From Vulcanimicrobiota bacterium (GTDB lineage Bacteria > Vulcanimicrobiota > Vulcanimicrobiia > Eremiobacterales > Eremiobacteraceae), in assembly GCA_963812135.1 (NCBI GenBank), contig CAWETU010000001.1:896001-960000 (forward strand): a stretch of DNA of 64,000 nt, given 5' to 3'. Made by a program: the position numbers and the translations under genes. This document shows, in pieces, positions 56,280 to 64,000 of this stretch. The notes beneath the pieces are model-generated. The model worked only from the letters and a program-made list of their open reading frames with translations. It made no database searches and was not told the DNA's origin. Every line of letters begins with the position of its first letter. The first letter of the stretch is position 1.

Positions 56280-57893
56280 GTGACGAACGCCAACCGCAAA
56301 CGCCAACTCGCGGTCGAGACCGCGGCCAAAGAAGGGCTGCGCGCCTCCGTGCCGCTCTATATCGCCGCAGCCGAAGCGTTCGCGCAAGAAGACCGGCCGG
56401 CGCAGGGCGTCGAGCTGCTCGGCGAGCTGCTGCGCGCCAAAGAGAAACGTCGCGGACTGCTCGGCCGCGTCGAGAAGAATCCGCTCGGGCCCGAGCGCGT
56501 GCGCGTGGCGACGAAATATTGCGAGTTCTCCCGCACGACGTCGCCGACCGAAGATTCGTTGGAGATGCTCGCCGATCTGGCCACCGAGTTCAGCGATGTC
56601 GCGATCGTGCGCCGCGCGAACGCCGACGCGCTGCGCAATGCGGGTTATGCCTCCGATTCGATCGATGAATACCGCTACTGCTGGAAGCTCGAGCCTGACG
56701 AAGGCGACATCCCGGTACGGCTGAGCGAGCTGTATGCCGCTCTCGGCCGCAACGATGAGGCGATCGATCACCTGCGCAAGGGCATCGCGCTCCACGCGGC
56801 GAGCGGACAGTTCGAGCAGGTCGCCGATCGCGCGATGCGGTTCATCGACATCAATCCGGACGAGTTGGACGACGTCTTCAGTTCGATGGCGCTGCTCCCG
56901 GGCGACGTCCTCAAGAAACACGTGCCGTCGCTCGATCATCTCGGGGTCTTGGTGCGTCGCGATCCGTCGCGTGAGCCCGAGTGGCGCACGCGGATGGAAC
57001 AGCGGCTCGTCGATCTCTACGCGCGCGTGCTCGAAGCCGACAACCGCAACGGCGCCGCGCGGCGCGGGATCAACGTGCTAGGTCCGCAGTATCTCGCAGA
57101 AGTCGAGAGCAAGCTGCGCAACGCTCCCAAGCCAGCGCCTGTCGCAGCTGCGGCGCCGGCCCCAGCCGCCGAACCGCCCCCAGCGCCGGCGCCGCCAGCG
57201 CAAGCACCGACTCCGCCAGCGCAAGTACCGGCCGCGCAAACTCCGCCAGCGCAAACGGCCGCAGCGCCCGCGAAACCGGAACCGTCTGCGCCGCAAGTTG
57301 CTGAAGCCGAAGAGTCGGCCGCTCCGGAGCTCGTTGAGAAGTCGCCGGGCGAACTCGTCACTGAAGAAACTCCAGAGATCGCCGCCGCGGCCGAGACCGC
57401 ACCGCAAGCCGCAGCGGCCGAGACTAAGGAAGCGACACCGCCTGCGGCGGCCGCTCCGGCGCCCGCAGCCGCGACACCGGTACCAGCGGCTGCGTCTACC
57501 CCCGCTGCTGCACCAACGCCGGCCGCTGCGCCAACGCCGGCTGCTGCGCCAGCACCGGCTCCGTCACGCGCGATCTACGCGTTCGCGTTACGCAAGGCGC
57601 AAGAGCAATACGACGCCGGAAGCTATGAAGAGGCCGCGCAGGCCTGCGATCGTATACTGAAACGCGGTGACATCCCCGAGGTGCTGACGCTCCTCGCGCA
57701 TTGCTACATGAAGCTCGAGCGCAAGCCCGATGCGGTGAAAGCGTGCCTGCGATACGCGGACGCGCAAGCCGCAGAAGATCCGACCAAGGCGCTCGATGCG
57801 CTGACCGAGCTCATCAAAGAGCTGCCGGACGCAGCGCTCATCCTTCGCCGCTCGCAACTGCTCACGAAGATCCGTCAAGTCGAACGCGTCTAA
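56280..57893 (+). CDS. TPR protein with Pro/Ala-rich linker
   Basis: TPR-like helices at both ends; 3 nt downstream of the previous gene. Confidence 0.75.
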   Translation: MTNANRKRQLAVETAAKEGLRASVPLYIAAAEAFAQEDRPAQGVELLGELLRAKEKRRGLLGRVEKNPLGPERVRVATKYCEFSRTTSPTEDSLEMLADLATEFSDVAIVRRANADALRNAGYASDSIDEYRYCWKLEPDEGDIPVRLSELYAALGRNDEAIDHLRKGIALHAASGQFEQVADRAMRFIDINPDELDDVFSSMALLPGDVLKKHVPSLDHLGVLVRRDPSREPEWRTRMEQRLVDLYARVLEADNRNGAARRGINVLGPQYLAEVESKLRNAPKPAPVAAAAPAPAAEPPPAPAPPAQAPTPPAQVPAAQTPPAQTAAAPAKPEPSAPQVAEAEESAAPELVEKSPGELVTEETPEIAAAAETAPQAAAAETKEATPPAAAAPAPAAATPVPAAASTPAAAPTPAAAPTPAAAPAPAPSRAIYAFALRKAQEQYDAGSYEEAAQACDRILKRGDIPEVLTLLAHCYMKLERKPDAVKACLRYADAQAAEDPTKALDALTELIKELPDAALILRRSQLLTKIRQVERV

Positions 57894-57905
57894 CGCGCTC
57901 CAGGG

Positions 57906-58724
57906 TCACGGAGCGAAGGTGTAATAGATCCTGTAGGTCTCGGTCGCGGGTCTGCCGTCTATCTTCGGCGGTAAGAACGAGCTGCGTGACGCCGCGGCGA
58001 GCGCCGCCTGATCGAGCGCCGGATGACCGGCCGACTTCTCCAAACGTTGCGAGATCACGTTCCCCTTGGGGCCGACGGTCACGAGCACCTGAGCGGTGCC
58101 TGAGGCGCTCTGTTCACGCGCGATCTCCGGATAATCAGGTTGCACGCGGTTTGCAAAACGCGCGTCCACCACGATCTGCGGCGCATACACCGCTTCGCTC
58201 GGCGGCGTGGTCGCAGGCGGCGCGGTGGCGGGCGGCTGCGTGGGCGGGTTCGTGAGCGCGGGCGCCGGCGTCGGCGGCAGCGAGAAGACGTTGCCGGCAG
58301 CCGCGATGCTGAGCGGTTTCGCGGGGCGCGTGGCGGGCGCCGTTTTCGGTTTGGGAGTTTTCTTGGGTCCGGGCGTCGGCGTCGGCGTCGGCACCGGCGT
58401 CGGCGTCGGCACGGGGGTTGCGGTCGGCAGCGGCGTCGGCGTTCCGCCGATCAGCGGCAAAACCGGCTTGAGCGGATGAAACGCCACGACATGCGTCGAC
58501 ACGACCGCCTTGGGCGTCGGCTTTGGAGTCGCGGCATGGAACATGTTGGTGACGCTGCTGAAGTCAGGTTTGGCATATACGACGTATGCGCCCGCGCCGA
58601 CCAAGACGAGGACCGCGACCGCAGCGAGGGTGCGGACGCGCGTTCTGGATTCTTTCCGCCGACGCCGCTCTTCGCGGTCTTCTTTGAAGCTGCGGCGGAT
58701 CGGCGCGCCGGGGGTGAAGCTCAC
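57906..58724 (-). CDS. tonB: TonB family protein (TM anchor, Pro/Thr linker, TonB C-terminal domain)
   Basis: 'PDYPEIAREQ..SG...V.V...G', 'LDQAALAAA', 'F.P..IDGRP'. Confidence 0.8.
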   Translation of the reverse strand: MSFTPGAPIRRSFKEDREERRRRKESRTRVRTLAAVAVLVLVGAGAYVVYAKPDFSSVTNMFHAATPKPTPKAVVSTHVVAFHPLKPVLPLIGGTPTPLPTATPVPTPTPVPTPTPTPGPKKTPKPKTAPATRPAKPLSIAAAGNVFSLPPTPAPALTNPPTQPPATAPPATTPPSEAVYAPQIVVDARFANRVQPDYPEIAREQSASGTAQVLVTVGPKGNVISQRLEKSAGHPALDQAALAAASRSSFLPPKIDGRPATETYRIYYTFAP

Positions 58725-58824
58725 GCGGAGATGCCTCCTGTGGGCCCGAGCGAAGCTCGGGTACTACCTTTGAATATCGTCAAAAATGGGGTTCGAGTTT
58801 ACGACCCGCGCGGGACGCGCGTTG

Positions 58825-59991
58825 TTACAGCTGGATGGGTAGTGTGTGCGCCAGCGTCCTGAAGGTGCGCACCCCTGTGGCGAGCGCCCTCTCGTCGAGC
58901 CGGAACTCGGGTGAATGGGTCATCGCCGGATCAGCCACTCCCGCAAATCCGACCCCGAGCCGAAGATAGCAGCCAGGCGCGCGCTGCGCGAAATAGGCGA
59001 AGTCCTCGGCGCCCATGCTCGGTCGAGGAATCGCCTCGACGGTATCGCCTGCGTCGTTCAAGATCGAGACGATGCGCTCGACCAGCGCGGGATCGTTGAT
59101 GACGCTCGGGTAGCCGAACTCGAAGTCGATTTCGTAGGTGGCGCGATGCGCGTCGCAGATCCCCTTGACCATGCGTTCGAGACGCGCCGGTATGCCTTTG
59201 CGCACGTCCTCGTCCAGGCAGCGGATCGTTCCTTCGAGCACGGTCTGATCGGCGATGATGTTGCGCCGGTATCCGCCTCGGATGAGGCCGATCGACATGA
59301 CGACCGATTCCAGGGGGTCGACTTCGCGACTGACGATGCGTTGCACCGCGCCGACGATCTCCGCGGCGATCGGGATGGTGTCCACGGAGCCGTGCGGATA
59401 CGCGCCGTGCCCGCCGCGGCCACGCACGGTGATCGCAAAATCATCGCACGACGCCGACATCGCGCCCGGTTTCGTGGCAAGCGTGCCTGCCAGCAGGAGC
59501 GGTGACACGTGGATCATGACGACCGCGTCGACCTTCGGTGCGTCCATCGCTCCGGCCTCGATCATCGGCAGTGCGCCGCCTGGCCCTTCCTCAGCTGGTT
59601 GAAAGAAGAACTTGATCGTGCCGGCGAGCGTCGCGCGTTCCTGCGCCAGCGACACGGCGGCGCCGAGCAGCATCGCGGTGTGCGCGTCGTGACCGCACGC
59701 ATGCATCACGCCAGGGACTTTCGATGAGAACGGCTCGCCGCTTCGCTCGTCGAGCGGCAGCGCATCCATGTCCGCGCGAAACGCTAACGTCTTGCCAGGC
59801 CGTCCGCCCTTGAGTACGCCGACGATACCGGTCTTCGCGACGCGCGTCGTCTCGATGCCGGCCGCGCGCAGCGTCTTCTCGACGAGCGCGCTGGTGCGTT
59901 CTTCTTCGAAGCCGAGTTCCGGATGCTCGTGGATGCTGCGCCGCCAGCCGACCACATCCTCGAAGACGCGCTCGAGCGCGGCCTCGGTCAT
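58825..59991 (-). CDS. M20D family amidohydrolase
   Basis: 'HEHPELGFEE', 'RADMDALP', 'MHACGHDAH', 'FQPAEEG', 'GAEDF'. Confidence 0.92.
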   Translation of the reverse strand: MTEAALERVFEDVVGWRRSIHEHPELGFEEERTSALVEKTLRAAGIETTRVAKTGIVGVLKGGRPGKTLAFRADMDALPLDERSGEPFSSKVPGVMHACGHDAHTAMLLGAAVSLAQERATLAGTIKFFFQPAEEGPGGALPMIEAGAMDAPKVDAVVMIHVSPLLLAGTLATKPGAMSASCDDFAITVRGRGGHGAYPHGSVDTIPIAAEIVGAVQRIVSREVDPLESVVMSIGLIRGGYRRNIIADQTVLEGTIRCLDEDVRKGIPARLERMVKGICDAHRATYEIDFEFGYPSVINDPALVERIVSILNDAGDTVEAIPRPSMGAEDFAYFAQRAPGCYLRLGVGFAGVADPAMTHSPEFRLDERALATGVRTFRTLAHTLPIQL

Positions 59992-61316
59992 GCGAACAAC
60001 GGCTCTTTGGATTCGCGCCCTTGCGCCATCGTCAGCTCGATCTGCGCCGCGAGTTTGGGCAGACCGTCGTCGAGGACCTCGCGACCGTTCTCGGTGATCA
60101 GCACGTCGTCTTCGATGCGCACGCCGATGCCTTTGAAGCGCTTGTCGACATCGAGGTCATCGCCGACGTAGAGTCCGGGTTCGATCGTGACGATCATGCC
60201 CGCCTTGAGCTCGCGCCAATCACCTTGCGCGCGATAGAAGCCGACGTCGTGCGTGTCGAAACCCAAGAAATGACCCACGCGGTGGGGCAGGAACGGTTTG
60301 TGCGCGCCGTTCTCGATCACAGCGTCGTTGGATCCTTTGACTAGCCCGAGCTCGCGCAGCCCGTCGATGAGGATGCGTTGCGCGGCGTCGTTGATCTCGC
60401 TGTTGTATTTCACGCCCGGTTTACATTTTTCGATGGCTGCGACGTTGGCGGCGAGCACGATGTCGTAGATGGCGCGCTGCTCCGGCGAGAACGTGCCGGA
60501 GATCGGCCACGTCCGCGTGATGTCGCCGTTGTAATAATCGACTTCGGCGCCTGCGTCGACGAGCACCAAGGCGTCGTCCGGGACCCGATCGCGATTCGCG
60601 GTGTAGTGCAGATAGGTCGTGTTATTGCCGCCCGCGACGATCGAAGGATACGCGTTTGATTCCGCGCCAAGGCTGGTGAAGGTGTAGTCGACGATCGCTT
60701 GGATTTCGTACTCGTGCATCCCAGGCCGTGCGTGGCGCATGGCTGCCAGATGACCGGCCGCCGAGATCTCGACCGCGCGCCGCATGCCCGCGATGTCGGC
60801 AGATGATTTGAACACGCGCAGCTCGTGCAGGATCGGGCTCGGGTCGAGGACATTGATCGCGCCGTGGTCGCCGCGCCGGCGCGCGACACGCGCGTTGACG
60901 ACATGCTCGCGGATGCGCCGCTGGAATTCCTCGCCGCCGCTCCAACCGTAATAGAGGTTATCCGACGAGTCGAGCAGCTCCGGCAGCCGTTTGTCGAGCT
61001 CGTCGATCGGATAAGTCGCGTCGATGTGGAGCGCTTGCGCGGCGCGTTCGACGCCGAGGCGTTTGCCTTCCCAGATCTCGCGATCTCGATCGAGTTGGCG
61101 CAAGAAGAGAACCGATTTGGTCTCTTTGTGATTGGGCGCGAGCACGAGCACGCTGTGCGGCTCGCTAAATCCGCTCAGATAGTAGAAGTCTGAGTCTTGG
61201 CGGTATGGATAATGGCCGTCGTTGGAGCGGATGACTTGTGGCGCGCTTGGAAAAACGGCGACCGCGTCGCCGATGCTCTTGGTGAAGGCGGCGCGCCGCC
61301 GTTCGAATTCGGTCAT
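59988..61316 (-). CDS. pepP: Xaa-Pro aminopeptidase P
   Basis: 'YRQDSDFYYLSGF.EP', 'LHY', 'DAGAE..Y.GDITRTWP', 'GH.LG.D.HD', 'TIEPG', 'RIEDD'. Confidence 0.93.
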   Translation of the reverse strand: MTEFERRRAAFTKSIGDAVAVFPSAPQVIRSNDGHYPYRQDSDFYYLSGFSEPHSVLVLAPNHKETKSVLFLRQLDRDREIWEGKRLGVERAAQALHIDATYPIDELDKRLPELLDSSDNLYYGWSGGEEFQRRIREHVVNARVARRRGDHGAINVLDPSPILHELRVFKSSADIAGMRRAVEISAAGHLAAMRHARPGMHEYEIQAIVDYTFTSLGAESNAYPSIVAGGNNTTYLHYTANRDRVPDDALVLVDAGAEVDYYNGDITRTWPISGTFSPEQRAIYDIVLAANVAAIEKCKPGVKYNSEINDAAQRILIDGLRELGLVKGSNDAVIENGAHKPFLPHRVGHFLGFDTHDVGFYRAQGDWRELKAGMIVTIEPGLYVGDDLDVDKRFKGIGVRIEDDVLITENGREVLDDGLPKLAAQIELTMAQGRESKEPLFA

Positions 61317-61324
61317 CGTGCTCC

Positions 61325-62164
61325 TTACAAACCGCGCGCTTGGCGCAAGTACTCAACGGTATGACGGATATGCTCGCCGTCGCCGGCGCCCGGCGAGCGG
61401 CGTAGGTAGGTCTCGAGATCCTCGATGGCGCGGTCGTAGCGATGCAGGCGCGCGAACAAAATGCCGCGGTCGCGCAGCTCGGTCGGATCGTCCGGATCGA
61501 TCGCGAGCTGCAATTCGATCGCCGCAAGCGCGGCGACGTAGTTCTTGGCTTGGCTCAGGCTGTTCTTCAAATTGAGCAGCACGCGCTTGACGATGGTGCG
61601 GTGCGAGACCGGCTCGAGGAACTCGTCGCGCCACGTGATGCGCCCGCGATACAGCTTATCCACGAGCGCGACGCACTCGGGCACGTCGAGCACCGCGCCG
61701 CCCTGGAATGGATCGATGAACAAGCGGCTCGACGGGTCGGGAAAGCGGACGACGAAATGCCCCGGCAGACCCACGCCGGCGAGCGTCAAACCGACGCGCC
61801 GCGCCGTCTCCATCAGCACGATCGACAGGGTGATCGGGATGCCGATGCGCCGGTCGAGCACGCTCGAGAGCAAGCTGTTCCCGGGTTCGTAGTACGCGCT
61901 GTGGTTGCCGCGGAAACCGCCCTCGCCGAACAGAGTGCGCAACACGCCGTCGATGCGCGCGTAGGGGTCGCTGGAATTGCCGGCCGCCTTAGCGGCGCGC
62001 GCCGCAAGCGCGTCAAGCTTGCGCGCATAGCGGTCGGGCTCGACGCCGGTATCGAACACCGCGGCTGAAAGCAGGCACGCGGTGTCGAGCGGCAGATCGA
62101 CGCTCTCCTCGTCGCACCGTGCGACAAGATTAGCGAAACGTTGCCCGGGCACTAACGGTCTCAT
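61325..62164 (-). CDS. SirB1/YchA family transglutaminase-like plus TPR protein
   Basis: 'FRGN..YY..NS', 'GIPITLS', 'GLPGHF', 'IDPF', 'RDRG'. Confidence 0.9.
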   Translation of the reverse strand: MRPLVPGQRFANLVARCDEESVDLPLDTACLLSAAVFDTGVEPDRYARKLDALAARAAKAAGNSSDPYARIDGVLRTLFGEGGFRGNHSAYYEPGNSLLSSVLDRRIGIPITLSIVLMETARRVGLTLAGVGLPGHFVVRFPDPSSRLFIDPFQGGAVLDVPECVALVDKLYRGRITWRDEFLEPVSHRTIVKRVLLNLKNSLSQAKNYVAALAAIELQLAIDPDDPTELRDRGILFARLHRYDRAIEDLETYLRRSPGAGDGEHIRHTVEYLRQARGL

Positions 62165-62240
62165 CGGGAGCGTCCCCTTCTCGGCACCGCGCGCTCGCCC
62201 CTAGCGGGTAGGCGCGCCAGCGAACCAGAAATCGCGTCAC

Positions 62241-63398
62241 ATGCGCGTCGACGCCGATGCTCTGCTCGCGCGGCGAGCGGAATTCCCTATCCTATCGACC
62301 TGCACGTATCTCATCAGCAACTCATTGGGCGCCGTGCCTGCGCGCACGAGGCAGCGCTTGGCGGATTATGCGGAGAGCTGGGCGGTGCGCGGCGTGCTGG
62401 CATGGGATGAATGGCTTGGTGTGGCTCGGGCCGCGGGCGATCTCGTGTCGCGGCTCATCAACGCCGGCCGCGACGAGGTCACACTTTTTCAAAACGTGAC
62501 GATTTGCGAGTCGGTGCTGATCTCGTGCCTCGATTTCTCAGGACGGCGCAACAAGGTCGTGTATTCCGACCTTGAGTTCCCGACGGTCCACTATGTCTGG
62601 CAGGGGCAAACGCAGCGTGGCGCGCGCACCGAAGTGATAAAGAGTCCCAACGGCATACACGCCGACATCAAGGCGCTTTGTGACGCCATCGACGAGACGA
62701 CGATTGCCGTGCCGATCTCGCACGTGCTGTTCCGCTCGAGCGCCATTTGCGACATCGCGCCCATCGTCGAAAAGGCCCACCGCGTGGGCGCGTTCGTGTT
62801 CCTCGACGTGTTCCAATCGATCGGCACCGTGCCGGTCGACGTCCAGGCGCTTGGCGTCGACGCGGTCGTCGGCGGTTGCCTGAAGTGGCTGTGCGGCGGC
62901 CCGGGCGCTGCCTTCTTGTGGGTACGGCCGTCGCTCTACGATCGCCTGAACCCGGCGATGGTCGGCTGGTTCGGTCACAAGCGGCCGTTCGATTTCGATA
63001 TGGGCGCGTTCGAAGGCGCCGACGATGTGTGGCGTTATGCCGGTGGCACGTCGAACGTGCCGGCGCTATACGCAGCGCGCAGCGGGCTGGAGATCATCAA
63101 TGAGGTCGGCGTCGACGCGATACGCACGCGTAGCATCGAGCTGACGTCGCTGCTGGTCGAGCTGGCGCAACACCACGGCCTGTCCGTGCGCTCTCCGTTG
63201 GATGCTGCCCGTCGCGGCGGTCACGTGACGCTTGACCTCCCGAATGCGCAACATGCATGCGATGAAATGATCCGCCGCAGCTTCATGGTCGATTTCCGGC
63301 CGAATGCCGGCATCCGCATCGCCCCGCATTTCTATAACTCACATGACGAGGTCGAGGCCGCCGTGCGCGAGCTGGTGGCGATCCGCGATGGCCACTGA
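62241..63398 (+). CDS. kynU: Kynureninase-like class V PLP-dependent enzyme
   Basis: 'YLISNSLG', 'FPT', 'D.FQS.G', 'KWLCGGPG', 'GWF', 'RRGGHV', 'DFR'. Confidence 0.75.
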   Translation: MRVDADALLARRAEFPILSTCTYLISNSLGAVPARTRQRLADYAESWAVRGVLAWDEWLGVARAAGDLVSRLINAGRDEVTLFQNVTICESVLISCLDFSGRRNKVVYSDLEFPTVHYVWQGQTQRGARTEVIKSPNGIHADIKALCDAIDETTIAVPISHVLFRSSAICDIAPIVEKAHRVGAFVFLDVFQSIGTVPVDVQALGVDAVVGGCLKWLCGGPGAAFLWVRPSLYDRLNPAMVGWFGHKRPFDFDMGAFEGADDVWRYAGGTSNVPALYAARSGLEIINEVGVDAIRTRSIELTSLLVELAQHHGLSVRSPLDAARRGGHVTLDLPNAQHACDEMIRRSFMVDFRPNAGIRIAPHFYNSHDEVEAAVRELVAIRDGH

Positions 63399-64000
63399 CG
63401 TCGTCGTCGTCGTTGGCGCAGGCCCAGGCGGCTCGGCGGCGGCGCACTGGCTTGCACGCGCCGGCGCCGACGTCGTGATGCTCGAACGCGCACGCTTCCC
63501 GCGCGACAAGAGCTGCGGCGACGGCGTCACTGCGCACGCAGTCGACATTCTCGCGGATATGGGCGTGCACTTCGACGATTTTCAGGGCAAGGGCGCGCGC
63601 ACGTTCGGCGGCTTGATCGGCGGGCCCAGCGGCGACACGTTTGCGGCCGATCCGCCGCCGCATCCGAGCGGTGCGAAAGTGGAATGCTGGGTCGTGCCGC
63701 GCGCGTTGCTCGACGAGCGCTTGGCGCGGGCAGCGGCGACGGCTGGCGCGGTGCTGCGCGAAGAGACGGCGTTCGCGGGCATGACGCGGCGCGCCGGCGG
63801 ATGGCGCGTTGAATATACCGACGCCTCGGGCGCGGGCACGATCGACTGCCAGCTCGTCATCGGCGCCGACGGCGCGCATTCAGCCGTCGCGAAATCACTC
63901 GGCCTGCAAGAAAATCCGCCGCCGCATCTGGGCTACGCGCTGCGCGGCTACTACGAAGGCGTGCAAGGCTTGAGCGACAAGCTTGAGATCTATTACTATG
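63388..64000 (+). CDS. Geranylgeranyl reductase family FAD-dependent oxidoreductase (truncated at window edge)
   Basis: Manual translation MATDVVVVGAGPGGSAAAHWLARAG...FPRDKSCGDG...IGADGAHS; not in ORF track. Confidence 0.9.
   Translation, partial: MATDVVVVVGAGPGGSAAAHWLARAGADVVMLERARFPRDKSCGDGVTAHAVDILADMGVHFDDFQGKGARTFGGLIGGPSGDTFAADPPPHPSGAKVECWVVPRALLDERLARAAATAGAVLREETAFAGMTRRAGGWRVEYTDASGAGTIDCQLVIGADGAHSAVAKSLGLQENPPPHLGYALRGYYEGVQGLSDKLEIYYY

Overview
GC-rich bacterial chromosome window, densely coding. It is probably from Candidatus Eremiobacterota/Vulcanimicrobiota or a similar soil diderm; this is inferred from protein-family content (paired DUF4760-like genes, a 'DAPVDEYFG' secreted protein) and not proven. 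The left half (1-37.6 kb) is an accessory mosaic of secreted and membrane proteins, transporters (MFS, OPT, APC) and small enzymes. The right half holds a complete 14-gene nuoA-N complex I operon (- strand), cysK, trxB, two large TPR proteins, a TonB-C protein, peptidases, a kynureninase-like gene and a partial geranylgeranyl-reductase-family gene. I found no rRNA, tRNA, CRISPR array, integrase or transposase. The most striking unexplained structure is a family of seven ~24-bp GTAG-type REP-like palindromes (consensus GTAGCGGTCGAATTTATTCGACCG) with compensatory stem changes. Three copies sit in frame inside nuoC and nuoI and encode 'GRINSTAT'-like peptides, and two supply the TAG stop codon of neighbouring genes. 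Other highlights are an unannotated 39-aa Lys/Arg-rich peptide, a collapsed phosphoesterase pseudogene, a Sec-signal protein with a Bsp22/EspA-like C-terminus and an SgmX-like TPR pair.
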